Virus record (IMG/VR): IMGVR_UViG_2700989080_000001
Location: 14,065 to 78,064 of that record
Reading direction: 5' to 3' (one strand)
Length of the DNA stretch: 64,000 nt
DNA from: a virus
Taxonomy: Duplodnaviria; Caudoviricetes
The translations under genes were made by a program, and so were the position numbers. The notes below the pieces were generated by a model, which was given only the letters and a program-made list of their open reading frames with translations, ran no database searches and was not told the DNA's origin. Positions 38,355-48,963 of this stretch are shown in pieces (the stretch's first letter is position 1; the number at the start of each line of letters is the position of its first letter).

Positions 38355-39239
38355 ATGAATTCCAACACCGGAATCATCGTGGCTTCTTCGTTGGCGTCCT
38401 GTGCCGTTGGTGCAGGCGCCGCTTATTTTCTCACGAAGAAGCACGTCACGAATCAGTACGAAGTCTTGATGGAGGAAGAGGTCGAGAAGGCAAAGCTATA
38501 TTACAGCCAGCTCCACAAGACGGGGGACTTCTCCGATCCCGTGAAGTTGGCTGAGGAGCGTCTCGGTTCGGATGATATTTCCGACGAGGACGATTCCGAA
38601 GAGGAGTCAGATGGTACGGACGACTCGGAAGTAGTTGTGACAGAACGAGTAGAGATCACTCGTGAAGAGCGTGTCAACTACAACAACATTCAGCAGCAGT
38701 ACGTCGGGGACGACTCCGTACCGGAACGCCATATTCCGAAGCGCGATTTTCCCCGACCCGTCTCCCATCCCGAAGATGGCGAGAGCATGGAAAGCTTCGA
38801 ACGGCGCTTGATCAAGCAAGCCTCTGACGAAGTACGTGAGAAGGCAGAACTATCTGGAGAGGAGGACATCGTGCGACGCAACATATTCGACACCCACGGA
38901 CGCCTGCCAAGCGAAGAAGAATTGGACACCAGCATGCGAGGGAATGGCGAGCCTTATATCCTGACGCGTCAAGAGTTCGAGGACTGTGACCTCGACTACG
39001 ATCAGAACACTCTCACCTATTTCGAGGGTGACAACATCCTCGTCGATGAGCGTAACGACCCGATCAACAACGGTGTCGAGACCATCATCGGTGGTGAGCA
39101 CAACTTGAGGTTCGGACACTGGTCGGAAGATGCGAACGTGCTTTATATTCGCAACGACCGCCTGTCCATCGACTTCGAGATCGTTCGCTCCTCAGGCACC
39201 TATGCTGAGGAAGTCCTCGGATACACACCGGGGGAATGA
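38355..39239 (+). CDS. Acidic protein with N-terminal membrane anchor
   Basis: GAGG RBS; long ORF. Confidence 0.75.
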   Translation: MNSNTGIIVASSLASCAVGAGAAYFLTKKHVTNQYEVLMEEEVEKAKLYYSQLHKTGDFSDPVKLAEERLGSDDISDEDDSEEESDGTDDSEVVVTERVEITREERVNYNNIQQQYVGDDSVPERHIPKRDFPRPVSHPEDGESMESFERRLIKQASDEVREKAELSGEEDIVRRNIFDTHGRLPSEEELDTSMRGNGEPYILTRQEFEDCDLDYDQNTLTYFEGDNILVDERNDPINNGVETIIGGEHNLRFGHWSEDANVLYIRNDRLSIDFEIVRSSGTYAEEVLGYTPGE

Positions 39240-39787
39240 TGGACGAGCCACTTGATGAGCGATATTTCAAATGGCTCTACGGTCAGGTGGCATCCGTCAA
39301 GTTGAGGAACCCTGGGCGGACCTACTGGTCTTTGCTCAAGGTTCTTCACACCACAGAGTTCGTGTGGCTGGTTCCAAACGACGACAATCGTGTGGAAGAC
39401 GGACGCGACCTGAGAATGGAATTCGTCAACGAAACAGGCGCCGATATTCCCGACTCCGATTGGATGGCTTTCGGATGCTCCGTACTGGAGATGTTGATCG
39501 GGTTGTCTCGGCGCCTGGCGTTTGAGGCTGATGGTACCGCGGGTCCGAGCGATTGGTTCTGGCATTTGCTCGACAACCTCAACCTCGGCGGATTCAACGA
39601 CACATATTTCCGAACCGGAAGGCATGAGGAGTATGTAAAACACGTACTGGATACCGTCGTTTGGCGAAACTATAAAAGCGACGGGCACGGCGGTCTATTC
39701 CCACTGCGACGTCCACAAGAAGATCAACGTAAGGTAGAGCTCTGGTATCAACTCTCGTGCTACCTTTCGGAGGGACACGCGGCATGA
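39236..39787 (+). CDS. Conserved hypothetical protein
   Basis: ATGA overlap; CSVLEML, GGLFPL. Confidence 0.75.
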   Translation: MMDEPLDERYFKWLYGQVASVKLRNPGRTYWSLLKVLHTTEFVWLVPNDDNRVEDGRDLRMEFVNETGADIPDSDWMAFGCSVLEMLIGLSRRLAFEADGTAGPSDWFWHLLDNLNLGGFNDTYFRTGRHEEYVKHVLDTVVWRNYKSDGHGGLFPLRRPQEDQRKVELWYQLSCYLSEGHAA

Positions 39788-39817
39788 TGGCGAACTAGGC
39801 ATGAATTAAAAAGAGGG

Positions 39818-42800
39818 TTGGTGGACTTCTACACTATCGGGGTGCGAACAATTGAGAAAGGCCCCCGGAAAGGTATGACGGAGCTATTTCCTGACCTTCG
39901 GGTCGGGCGCTCCAAAGATCTGATGGTCCGCGGCCGCTCATTCTACGCCATCTGGGATGAGACGGCCGGTCTATGGTCTACGGACGAGTACGATGTTCAG
40001 AGACTGATGGACGCGGAGCTTGAGGCGGAGGCCGACAGGATTGAGAAGAAGGGTGACCCGCGCCCCTCGATCAAGACCATGTCGTCCTTCGGCTCAAACT
40101 CCTGGAGTCAATTCCGTAAGTATCTACAGAACATCAGCGACAACAGTCATCAACTCGACGAGAAGATGGCTTGGGCTGACACCGAAGTCAAGAAGACCGA
40201 CTATGTGAGCAAGCGTCTCCCATATTGTCTCGCACCCGGCGACTACAGCGCATGGGACGAGCTCGTAGGGACGCTCTATAATGTGGAAGAAAGAGCGAAG
40301 ATCGAATGGGCGATTGGTGCAATTGTATCCGGGGATGCGAAGCGAATTCAGAAATTCCTGGTTCTCTACGGGCCTGCTGGGACAGGCAAATCGACGGTCT
40401 TGAACGTCATCCAGCAAATGTTCGAAGGCTACACGACGACATTCGAAGCCAAGGCTTTGGGTATGTCGAGCGGAGCGTTTGCAACGGAGGTCTTCAAGAA
40501 CAACCCGCTCGTAGCGATTCAGCACGACGGCGACCTCTCACGTATCGAGGACAACACTCGACTGAACTCGATCATCTCACACGAAGAGATGACGATGAAC
40601 GAGAAGTACAAGCCCAGCTACACTGCGCGGGTTAATGCTTTTCTGTTCATGGGTACCAACAACCCAGTCAAGATCTCTGACGCCAAGTCGGGCATTATTC
40701 GACGACTGATCGATGTGCATCCGACGGGCATCAAGATTCCGCCCAATCGATACAACACTCTTATTCAGAAGGTTGATTTCGAACTGGGTGCGATCGCTCA
40801 CCACTGCCTGGAAGTCTACAGGTCGATGGGAAAGAACTACTACAACTCCTACCGACCGCTCGAGATGATGTTGCAGACCGATGTCTTCTTCAACTACATC
40901 GAGGCGCACTTCGATATTTTCAAGGAGCAAGACTCGGTCTCCTTGAAGCAGGCCTATGCGCTGTACAAGGAATTCTGTGACGACACCGGAATCGACAAGG
41001 TTCTTCCTCAGTACAAGTTCCGTGAGGAGCTTCGGAACTACTTTGACGAATTCAAGGAGCGCGGCGTGGTGAATGGGCAGACAGTGCGAAGCATATATTC
41101 TGGCTTCAACGCGAACAAGTTCAAGACGCCACTGGGTGAAGACAAGCAAGTCTTCAAGTTGGTCCTCGATGAGTCGGTGTCGCTTCTCGACGATATTCTC
41201 AAGGATCAGCCTGCCCAGATGGGTCGGATCGGTCCTGATGGCGGAGAGATCCCCGAGAAGTACTGGACTGACGACGAGCGTTTGATCAACGGCGAGATGA
41301 AGAAGCCCAAGCCGTCTCAGGTCTGCTCGACGACGCTGAAGGATCTGGACACCTCGAAGGTCCACTTCGTCAAGGTGCCAGCGAATCATATTGTCATCGA
41401 CTTCGACCTCAAGGACGACAAGGGTGAGAAGTCTCTGGAGCGAAGCTTGGAGGCTGCGTCCAACTGGCCGGCCACCTATGCCGAGCTCAGCAAGAGTGGT
41501 AACGGCGTCCATCTCCACTACGACTACACCGGAGAAGACGTCACTCAGCTCAGTCCCATATATTCCGAGGACATCGAAGTCAAGGTCTACACGGGCAACG
41601 GGTCTCTACGACGAAGAGTCATCAGATGTAACAACGTCCCTGTTGCCCCCATATCTAGCGGACTGCCGCTGAAGGAGAAGAAGGTGCACTCAGCCCAAAC
41701 GATTCAGAGCGAGCGCAGCCTGCGCGATCTCGTCGAACGGAATCTTCGTAAGGAGATCCACCCCGGCACCAAGCCGTCGATCGATTTCATCCACAAGATC
41801 CTCGCCGATGCACACAAGGACGGGATGACGTATGACCTCACGGACATGCGCCCTCGTATTCTCGCATTCGCCAACAACTCTTCGAACCAGGCTATGGCTT
41901 GCTTGAAGACTGTGCAGTCGATGAAGTGGAAGAGCGACGACTCCCCTGAGCGGGCTATCGGTCCTCAGGACGATATTCGTCAGCCGGCTACGACTCAGGC
42001 AGCTTCCCCCGCTGTCTCAGATCGTAAGGACGAGCGGATTGCCTTCTTCGACATCGAGGTCTACCCCAACCTCTTCCTGGTTTGCTGGAAGTTCGAGGGT
42101 GACGCCACGATGGTCAAGATGATCAACCCGAAGCCGGCAGACATCGAGCAGCTGTTCAAGCTCAAGCTTGTGGGCTACAACAACCGACGCTACGACAATC
42201 ATATTCTGTACGCGGCGTTCATGGGATTCACCACCGAGGCGATCTACCAGCAGTCTCAGAAGCTCATCAACAACGAGCGGAGTGCGCTGTTCGGTGAGGC
42301 GTACAACATCAGTTACGCCGATATTTACGACTTCAGCTCGAAGAAGCAGAGCCTGAAGAAGTTCATGATCGAGCTCGGCATCACCCACCAGGAGATGGAT
42401 ATTCCGTGGGATCAGCCGGTTCCGGACGAGCTGGTCGAGAAGGTCATCGAGTACTGCTGCAATGACGTCAACGCGACTGAGGCAGTGTTCGAGGCTCGTA
42501 AGCAGGACTTCGTCGCACGACAGGTCTTGGCTGAACTGAGTGGTCTTCCGGTCAACAACACGACCCAGGCGCACACAGCCAAGATCATTTTCGGGAACGA
42601 TCGTCAGGCTCAGAAGAAGTTCGTCTACACGGACCTGAGCGAGGAATTTCCGGGCTACAAGTTCGACATGGGTAAGTCCGAGTATCGGGGTGAAGACCCC
42701 AGCGAAGGTGGTTATGTCTATGCAGAGCCGGGGCTCTATCACAATGTGGCTGTTCTGGATGTTGCTTCGATGCATCCGAGCAGTATCATCGCGCTCAACC

Positions 42801-43705
42801 TCTTCGGAGACGAGTACACACCGAAGTTCAAGGACCTTCTCGACGCGCGCATCGCGATCAAGCACCGGGACTACGACCGGGCCAAGTCGATGCTCGATGG
42901 CAAGCTCGCTCCGTACCTCGGCAACGTTGACGACGCAGTTGCACTCTCATATGCACTGAAGATTGTCATCAACATCGTCTACGGTCTGACGAGCGCAAAG
43001 TTCGACAACCCGTTCCGCGATGTTCGGAACAAGGACAACATCGTCGCCAAGCGTGGCGCACTCTTCATGATCGACCTGAAGCACTTCGTTCAGGAGAAGG
43101 GTTTCGATGTTGCTCACATCAAGACCGACTCGATCAAGATTCCGGACGCAACTCCCGAGATCATCGAGCAGGTCACGGAATTCGGCAAGAAGTATGGATA
43201 CGACTTCGAACACGAGGCTACGTACGACAGCTTCTGCTTGGTGAACGATGCAGTCTATATTGCGCGTAAGGGCGATAAGTGGGATGCAGTCGGGGCACAG
43301 TTCCAACATCCGTACGTCTACAAGACGCTCTTCACTCAGGAAGAGATCACGTTCGACGACCTGTGCGAGACGAAGCAGGTCAGCCAGGGGTCCATCCACT
43401 TGGACCTCGATCACGGACGTGCGGCTGGTTTGACCAACATCGAGGATCTCCAGTTCATCGGTCGCATCGGACGGTTCGTCCCTGTGAACGCGGATGTTCA
43501 GGGTTCTGCCGTTCTCTACCGAGTCAAGGACGGCAAGCAGTACGCAGTCACTGGCACCAAGGGATATTTCTGGGTCGACGCTCGAATGGCCGAGGGTCTG
43601 ACCAAGGACGAGATCGACTACACCTACTTCGACACTCTTGTCGAGAAGGCTCGTGACACCATTGAGTTCTACGGTCCGTTCGTGGACCTGTTCCCGAAGA
43701 ACTGA
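39818..43705 (+). CDS. SF3 helicase + AEP-like primase + 3'-5' exonuclease + family B DNA polymerase fusion
   Basis: GPAGTGKS; VIDFD and SKSGNGVHLHY; FFDIE, YNNRRYD, YCCND; DVASMHPS, KIVINIVYG, KTDS. Confidence 0.85.
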   Translation: MVDFYTIGVRTIEKGPRKGMTELFPDLRVGRSKDLMVRGRSFYAIWDETAGLWSTDEYDVQRLMDAELEAEADRIEKKGDPRPSIKTMSSFGSNSWSQFRKYLQNISDNSHQLDEKMAWADTEVKKTDYVSKRLPYCLAPGDYSAWDELVGTLYNVEERAKIEWAIGAIVSGDAKRIQKFLVLYGPAGTGKSTVLNVIQQMFEGYTTTFEAKALGMSSGAFATEVFKNNPLVAIQHDGDLSRIEDNTRLNSIISHEEMTMNEKYKPSYTARVNAFLFMGTNNPVKISDAKSGIIRRLIDVHPTGIKIPPNRYNTLIQKVDFELGAIAHHCLEVYRSMGKNYYNSYRPLEMMLQTDVFFNYIEAHFDIFKEQDSVSLKQAYALYKEFCDDTGIDKVLPQYKFREELRNYFDEFKERGVVNGQTVRSIYSGFNANKFKTPLGEDKQVFKLVLDESVSLLDDILKDQPAQMGRIGPDGGEIPEKYWTDDERLINGEMKKPKPSQVCSTTLKDLDTSKVHFVKVPANHIVIDFDLKDDKGEKSLERSLEAASNWPATYAELSKSGNGVHLHYDYTGEDVTQLSPIYSEDIEVKVYTGNGSLRRRVIRCNNVPVAPISSGLPLKEKKVHSAQTIQSERSLRDLVERNLRKEIHPGTKPSIDFIHKILADAHKDGMTYDLTDMRPRILAFANNSSNQAMACLKTVQSMKWKSDDSPERAIGPQDDIRQPATTQAASPAVSDRKDERIAFFDIEVYPNLFLVCWKFEGDATMVKMINPKPADIEQLFKLKLVGYNNRRYDNHILYAAFMGFTTEAIYQQSQKLINNERSALFGEAYNISYADIYDFSSKKQSLKKFMIELGITHQEMDIPWDQPVPDELVEKVIEYCCNDVNATEAVFEARKQDFVARQVLAELSGLPVNNTTQAHTAKIIFGNDRQAQKKFVYTDLSEEFPGYKFDMGKSEYRGEDPSEGGYVYAEPGLYHNVAVLDVASMHPSSIIALNLFGDEYTPKFKDLLDARIAIKHRDYDRAKSMLDGKLAPYLGNVDDAVALSYALKIVINIVYGLTSAKFDNPFRDVRNKDNIVAKRGALFMIDLKHFVQEKGFDVAHIKTDSIKIPDATPEIIEQVTEFGKKYGYDFEHEATYDSFCLVNDAVYIARKGDKWDAVGAQFQHPYVYKTLFTQEEITFDDLCETKQVSQGSIHLDLDHGRAAGLTNIEDLQFIGRIGRFVPVNADVQGSAVLYRVKDGKQYAVTGTKGYFWVDARMAEGLTKDEIDYTYFDTLVEKARDTIEFYGPFVDLFPKN

Positions 43706-43712
43706 GGCACAG

Positions 43713-44093
43713 ATGACTGAGACACAGAACGAGGCAACGCCGAAGCCGATGACGACAGATGTGCTCATGGCATATTTGTACAACGTCGTCGATCAGCATC
43801 CGGTCGATGAACAGTTTGTCATGGTTGGGGATGACGACTTGATCGTCTCGATGAACCTCAAGAACCGAAAGGTGACTCTCCTGAGTGACAAGTTGCTCAT
43901 GGAGGGCGAGGTGGCCAAGGCACCTGTGACGACCACCATGCTCATGCGATATTTGGAGCTGGCTACCGGTGGGCTGTTTCATCAGGTCTTGAACGAACCG
44001 GTCATGATCGGTACGGACGAGCTCGTTCATGCGGATATTGTCGACAACCGAGTCGTGCTTCAGACGGCTCACGACTATCTCGCAGCGCAGTGA
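43713..44093 (+). CDS. Repeat-module protein (2 modules)
   Basis: Modules shared with 44286..45020. Confidence 0.7.
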   Translation: MTETQNEATPKPMTTDVLMAYLYNVVDQHPVDEQFVMVGDDDLIVSMNLKNRKVTLLSDKLLMEGEVAKAPVTTTMLMRYLELATGGLFHQVLNEPVMIGTDELVHADIVDNRVVLQTAHDYLAAQ

Positions 44094-44098
44094 GGCTC

Positions 44099-44248
44099 AT
44101 GAAGGTGGACGAACTCAAGTCATTTCTGGGGACGGCCATCGACACCAACGAGAACGACGACCTGTCAATCCGAGTTAACGGGAAAGCTGTCACCAGTGCA
44201 TACGACATGGGTGATGGTAAGACCGTTCTCGTGATGGACAGTGTCTAA
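44099..44248 (+). CDS. Single-module small protein
   Basis: GAGG RBS; MKVDELKSFL...IRVNG resembles the neighbouring modules. Confidence 0.5.
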   Translation: MKVDELKSFLGTAIDTNENDDLSIRVNGKAVTSAYDMGDGKTVLVMDSV

Positions 44249-44285
44249 ATTATTCTGTCAACACAGACAAATGTGAGGTATAGGT

Positions 44286-45020
44286 ATGACTGAGATGAAG
44301 AACGACACACCCGCCATGACGGCCGATGTTCTCCACGCATATTTGCGGGACATCGCGGATCGTCACGAGATCGAAGACAAGCCGATTCTGGTCAACGGAC
44401 GCAAGGTCGTCGAGGTTGGTCTCCACACCGAAACGGTTCGAGGCGACTTCGGACACTCCGATCGTAAGTACGTCGAGGTTATCACCAACGAGAAGCGGAA
44501 TCCTATCGATGCTTCGATGGTGGATGAGTTCCTCGAAACGTTCAACGACGAGATCGCCGATCTTCCGGTAATTGTCGACGGCTTTCCGCTCTACAAGACC
44601 GCTGTCGAAGACGGGTGTGTCGTTCTTCATCAACTGCCTCACCCTCCCAAGCCGATGACGGCCGAGATCCTCAAGGGATATTTGGACTCGATCATCAAAC
44701 AGGATCCTGCTGTCGAGACAGAGTTGGTTCTGATCGGCAGCCCTTCGCACATCAACGACGCTCGACCCATAAACGACTACGGACTTCGCAACGGAATCAT
44801 CTATCTGGGACACTCGGAGACGCCCACACGAGAGACCCTTCGAACCATAGATCTTCGGCAATATTTGTCGATGACGAGCGGTGGGCTCTTCCGCCCAGTC
44901 TATGAGCGCCCTGTGATGATCGGTGATCAGGAAGTCGTCAACGTCACCGTGGTCGACAACCGAGTCATACTCATGACCTTCAACGACATGCTCAAGTCCG
45001 AAGACTTCTTCCGACGGTAG
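44286..45020 (+). CDS. Repeat-module protein (about 4 modules)
   Basis: MTADVLHAYL / PMTAEILKGYL repeats. Confidence 0.7.
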   Translation: MTEMKNDTPAMTADVLHAYLRDIADRHEIEDKPILVNGRKVVEVGLHTETVRGDFGHSDRKYVEVITNEKRNPIDASMVDEFLETFNDEIADLPVIVDGFPLYKTAVEDGCVVLHQLPHPPKPMTAEILKGYLDSIIKQDPAVETELVLIGSPSHINDARPINDYGLRNGIIYLGHSETPTRETLRTIDLRQYLSMTSGGLFRPVYERPVMIGDQEVVNVTVVDNRVILMTFNDMLKSEDFFRR

Positions 45021-45145
45021 AAAGTGAACTACATGCCTATATTCTATGCGCCATTCGCGCACATGGCCCTTCCCTCAGCCGATCCGACTGCTAAGTACGA
45101 GCGGGTTCGTCAGCTGATGGCATATTTGATGAACTGGGGTAACGC

Positions 45146-45733
45146 ATGACCGACGGACGTCCGAGCTGGGACGAGTACGGCATGAAGTTGGCTGTACATG
45201 CGGCGGAACGAGCAGACTGCACGAGACGACAGGTCGGCGCCGTTCTCATGGCAGCCGATCGCTCGATCATATCCTCTGGTTACAACGGAGGCCCGTCAAA
45301 GGGTAAGTCCTGCCTCAAGGGCGAGTGTCCTCGTGGCCGGCTGACTCACGCAGAGCTTCCTGCCGACAGCGCTTACGACACGGGCGGCGGCACTTGTGTT
45401 GCGCTCCATGCTGAGTGGAACGTATTGCTACGGACGGCTTGGCATCAGTTCGAGGGTTCGACACTCTACATCACCGAAGAGCCGTGCCATATTTGCAAGG
45501 TCATGATCTCCGGCACTGCAATCCATCGAGTGGTGGCGCCTGGCTATGAGTGGGTTCGTGACTACAACGGTCGAACCAAGACCGAACGCAAGTGGGTGGT
45601 CAAGAAAGAGGATCTTGAGTACGAGCCCGATTCTTTGGGTCTCGTGAGCGATATTCAGCGCGCCCAACATCAGGCCCTCTTCAATGGAACCTTTCCCGAC
45701 AACGAAATCGATCGCTATCCCAACCGTCGCTGA
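45146..45733 (+). CDS. dCMP deaminase family protein
   Basis: RQVGAV, GYNG, HAE, PCHIC. Confidence 0.88.
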   Translation: MTDGRPSWDEYGMKLAVHAAERADCTRRQVGAVLMAADRSIISSGYNGGPSKGKSCLKGECPRGRLTHAELPADSAYDTGGGTCVALHAEWNVLLRTAWHQFEGSTLYITEEPCHICKVMISGTAIHRVVAPGYEWVRDYNGRTKTERKWVVKKEDLEYEPDSLGLVSDIQRAQHQALFNGTFPDNEIDRYPNRR

Positions 45734-45772
45734 CCACCAACTATATTCACAGAACAAAGGGTAACAAAGAAC

Positions 45773-46354
45773 ATGGCTATCGAAAACGGACAGCTTCTCG
45801 TCGAGAACGCTCAGATCATCTTCCGCAACTTCGCCGGCAAGGAAGGCATGTACAACGCAGAGGGTGATCGAAACTTCTGCCTCCTTCTCGAGCCGGAGCT
45901 CGCGGAAGCACTCATGCGGGATGGTTGGAACGTCAAGCATCTCAAGGCCCGGGAAGAGGGCGACGAGCCGCAGGCTTATATTCAGGTCTCGATCAAGTAC
46001 CGCGGTCGCAACGGCAATGCTGTTCGTCCGCCGTCGATCGTGATGATCACCTCCAAGGGCCGTAGCAATCTCGACGAAGACATGTGCGAGATGATCGACT
46101 GGGTGGACATCGCTAATGTCGACCTGATCGTTCGCCCGTTCGAGTGGTCGGTGAACGGGAAGTCCGGCATCAAGGCATATTTGAAGGCCATCTACGTCAC
46201 CATCCAGGAAGACGCGCTGGCTCTCAAGTACCAGGATCTCCCCGAGATCGGAGCCAATGGTGCGCTGGCGATCGAATCCGGCGAGCAGAACGACTACATC
46301 GAGGGTGAGGTTGTAGACATCCACGATGACGACACATTGGCAATCGAGGGGTGA
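45773..46354 (+). CDS. Putative ssDNA-binding protein
   Basis: OB-fold-like beta pattern, acidic C-terminal tail, replication context. Confidence 0.6.
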   Translation: MAIENGQLLVENAQIIFRNFAGKEGMYNAEGDRNFCLLLEPELAEALMRDGWNVKHLKAREEGDEPQAYIQVSIKYRGRNGNAVRPPSIVMITSKGRSNLDEDMCEMIDWVDIANVDLIVRPFEWSVNGKSGIKAYLKAIYVTIQEDALALKYQDLPEIGANGALAIESGEQNDYIEGEVVDIHDDDTLAIEG

Positions 46355-46674
46355 CCTTCGACAAGGTGATTGATCCGGCCATATTCTCAGGGCGTCGCAA
46401 CCCTGGGAATGTGGTGCCGGCCATCCCCGACGGGTTGGTTCTGGCGACGGAGCTTCCACGAGGATTCAAGCCGCCGCGACTTCGACTGGAGTTCGACAGC
46501 GGTAAGAGTCGCTATGGAATCGCGCTATATTTGAGCGATGAACAACAGCGAAACCTAGCGTATCTCAATCTGGACAGCATGGCTTTGCGTTATGCCGTTG
46601 GTCAGATGGCTAACTACGTAGGGACGCCCGAGCTCATCGACTTCCATCGCGACGTGTGTTTCTGGACACCCTGA
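46351..46674 (+). CDS. Hypothetical protein
   Basis: GTGA overlap. Confidence 0.55.
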   Translation: MTFDKVIDPAIFSGRRNPGNVVPAIPDGLVLATELPRGFKPPRLRLEFDSGKSRYGIALYLSDEQQRNLAYLNLDSMALRYAVGQMANYVGTPELIDFHRDVCFWTP

Positions 46675-46701
46675 TCTATCAAAAGACTGTGAGACTGCAT
46701 T

Positions 46702-46989
46702 ATGAGTGACAAGAATCAGCAGCGACCGAACAAGCTATATTTCGAGACTGTCAAGGAAGGGGTTTCTGAGGGTCAGTACTACTGGGTCCTCAAGTCGCCC
46801 AACGGCAAGATCATCGGTTCGTCCCACTACAACTACAAGACGTTGGATTCCGCGATCAACAACTGCATTGCGATTCTCAACATCGCCCTTGTGGCTTCGG
46901 ACCGCATCTCGATCGAGACCGATCAGGAAACTCGAGAGAAGATCGTCAAGCAGTGCCGAGACAAGTTCGACATCGAATGGGCTGCCTGA
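46702..46989 (+). CDS. YegP/DUF1508-like protein 1
   Basis: LYF...YWVLKSPNGKIIGSS..Y....AI.N. Confidence 0.65.
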   Translation: MSDKNQQRPNKLYFETVKEGVSEGQYYWVLKSPNGKIIGSSHYNYKTLDSAINNCIAILNIALVASDRISIETDQETREKIVKQCRDKFDIEWAA

Positions 46990-47016
46990 GCAGCTCACGA
47001 CTATTAAGGAAGACGC

Positions 47017-47310
47017 ATGCCTGCAGCAAAGACCACTCGTCTGAACAAGCTATATTTCGAACCCATCGCCATCCATTCAGAAGAGATCAAGAATCTGAAG
47101 CCTGGCGTCAACAAGATTCGATGGGAATGGAATCTCCGAGGAACCAACGGCCATGTCATCGGAGCCTCGCACATCAGCTTCGCCACCAAGCTCGCAGCCG
47201 TGAAGAACTGTCTCTCGGTCATGGGCACGGAAGCATTCTCTGAGGGACGTGTGAATGTCGTGAGTCCAGAGATGCACACAATGATCCTGGACGAGATCGC
47301 CAAGCTGTAA
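47017..47310 (+). CDS. YegP/DUF1508-like protein 2
   Basis: LYF...WNLRGTNGHVIGAS. Confidence 0.65.
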   Translation: MPAAKTTRLNKLYFEPIAIHSEEIKNLKPGVNKIRWEWNLRGTNGHVIGASHISFATKLAAVKNCLSVMGTEAFSEGRVNVVSPEMHTMILDEIAKL

Positions 47311-47405
47311 CACCGTCTCACTCCGTGTGGCCATCGGAGCATTTGGGCTATATTCTCAAGCGCTTCGGTGGCCACACTGCTGTCTCAACCAAACCTAACG
47401 AAGGA

Positions 47406-47621
47406 ATGACCGTGAGCGATGGAGCCATTGTGGTTCTCCTGATTGTTGTGTACTACCACTTGATGGCTCTGTCTCTCATCTATAGCGACCGACTGATCAA
47501 ACTGCTTCCTCGCAAGTTGGAAGAGTTCTTGACGAAGTGGTTCCTCAAACTCGCCGCTATATTCAACAAACTATTCACACGGATTGAAGGGGTTAAACTA
47601 AAGTGGAAGAGCAGACTATGA
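47406..47621 (+). CDS. Small membrane protein
   Basis: AAGGA RBS; hydrophobic helix. Confidence 0.5.
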   Translation: MTVSDGAIVVLLIVVYYHLMALSLIYSDRLIKLLPRKLEEFLTKWFLKLAAIFNKLFTRIEGVKLKWKSRL

Positions 47622-48391
47622 TCTCCGATCCTTGCCGACCCGAGCAGCCGAACGAGCTATATTTCGTTACGGACCGCTTCCCTCGCCAGCATCGCTACTA
47701 CTGGATCCTCCAGACGCACGAAGGTTCAGTTATCGGCACGTCCAACGAGACGTACGTCGACAAGGCTTCCGCAATGCGTAATGCGATCACACTCTTCGGC
47801 AAGGAGATCTTGGCCGGCTACCACCATATTGTGGATGACGGCGAGCGCGAGCAGCTTCAGGAAGAGATGTGGAAGGCAGAGAAGCACAACCATATTTCAC
47901 GTGAGGTGAAGTTGGATGGAACCTGCCCCTCTTGTCTGTACGTCATTGCGACGTCGAACGAAGACGAGAAGCGGAGCTACCTCATCGCCAACGCTCGCCC
48001 GAAGCGTCTGATCTTCAACCACGTACCCAAGCATTCCGGTGTCGAATATTTCTGGCGCCTCAACAACTACGACGGCGACTACTTGGATTCGTCTCGGATG
48101 CCCTTCACTTCGTTGAGTTCCGCGATCAACAACAGCATCTCGCGCTTCGGAGCTGACCTTCTGAACGAGCTCAAGATCATCATCGATGCAGAGCCCGATA
48201 TTTGCAAGGAAGTCCTCAACGGAGCTCGTTGCATGTTCCCGAACGCCGGACGGGAGCTTTCTGAGTTGACGTTGGAGCAGGCCCAGCAGGTCTACAACCA
48301 AGAGCGCGCTTTCAACAAGATTCTGACAGGTGAAGTCTCTGTTACAGCAAACACCGGCCCCGATCGCTCTTCTGTCACGTCGGAGGACTAA
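47618..48391 (+). CDS. YegP/DUF1508-like protein 3 (two domains)
   Basis: YWILQTHEGSVIGTS and FWRLNNYDGDYLDSS. Confidence 0.65.
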   Translation: MISDPCRPEQPNELYFVTDRFPRQHRYYWILQTHEGSVIGTSNETYVDKASAMRNAITLFGKEILAGYHHIVDDGEREQLQEEMWKAEKHNHISREVKLDGTCPSCLYVIATSNEDEKRSYLIANARPKRLIFNHVPKHSGVEYFWRLNNYDGDYLDSSRMPFTSLSSAINNSISRFGADLLNELKIIIDAEPDICKEVLNGARCMFPNAGRELSELTLEQAQQVYNQERAFNKILTGEVSVTANTGPDRSSVTSED

Positions 48392-48394
48392 TCA

Positions 48395-48655
48395 GTGACC
48401 AACACCCTATATTTCGACAGTATCAAGTTCCCCCGCCTGGAAGAGATGCACTTCTGGGTACTCAAGAATCCCGCCGGAACAGTCATCGCTTCCGAACACA
48501 ATAGCACTTCGACTCGTGAAGAGACGATCGTGAATTGCGTGGAAGTCTTCGGCAGTCAGCTTCTCAATCCGAAGTTCGTCAAGATCTTCGACCCTAGCGT
48601 TCGAGACGAGCTCATCAAGGAGTACCGTCGCATCTTCAACAAGGAGCAGTCGTGA
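48395..48655 (+). CDS. YegP/DUF1508-like protein 4
   Basis: LYF...FWVLKNPAGTVIAS. Confidence 0.65.
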   Translation: MTNTLYFDSIKFPRLEEMHFWVLKNPAGTVIASEHNSTSTREETIVNCVEVFGSQLLNPKFVKIFDPSVRDELIKEYRRIFNKEQS

Positions 48656-48951
48656 CTGACACGCTATATCTCAAAGAGGTCTTCGTCGGCGATACCCATC
48701 AGTTCGCATGGCTCTACGCAACCAATACGATGAATGCCGAATCGACACCGTTCCCGACCGAAGACGAGATGATCACCCATGTCGTCGGAGTCTTTCGCGA
48801 CGAACTCTTCGATGAGAACAAACTCGTTGTCGAAGCGACCGAGGAGCAGCGAGAGAAGCTTGCAGTCGAGTACCAGAAGCAGTTCGGAGTCGTCGATATT
48901 CCCGTCGATCCTCCAGTAGAGGATGAAGTCCCCACTGTCGAACCAACCTAA
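48652..48951 (+). CDS. Diverged YegP/DUF1508-like protein 5
   Basis: TLYL...FAW...STPF. Confidence 0.55.
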   Translation: MTDTLYLKEVFVGDTHQFAWLYATNTMNAESTPFPTEDEMITHVVGVFRDELFDENKLVVEATEEQREKLAVEYQKQFGVVDIPVDPPVEDEVPTVEPT

Positions 48952-48963
48952 GGAGATCGTTGC

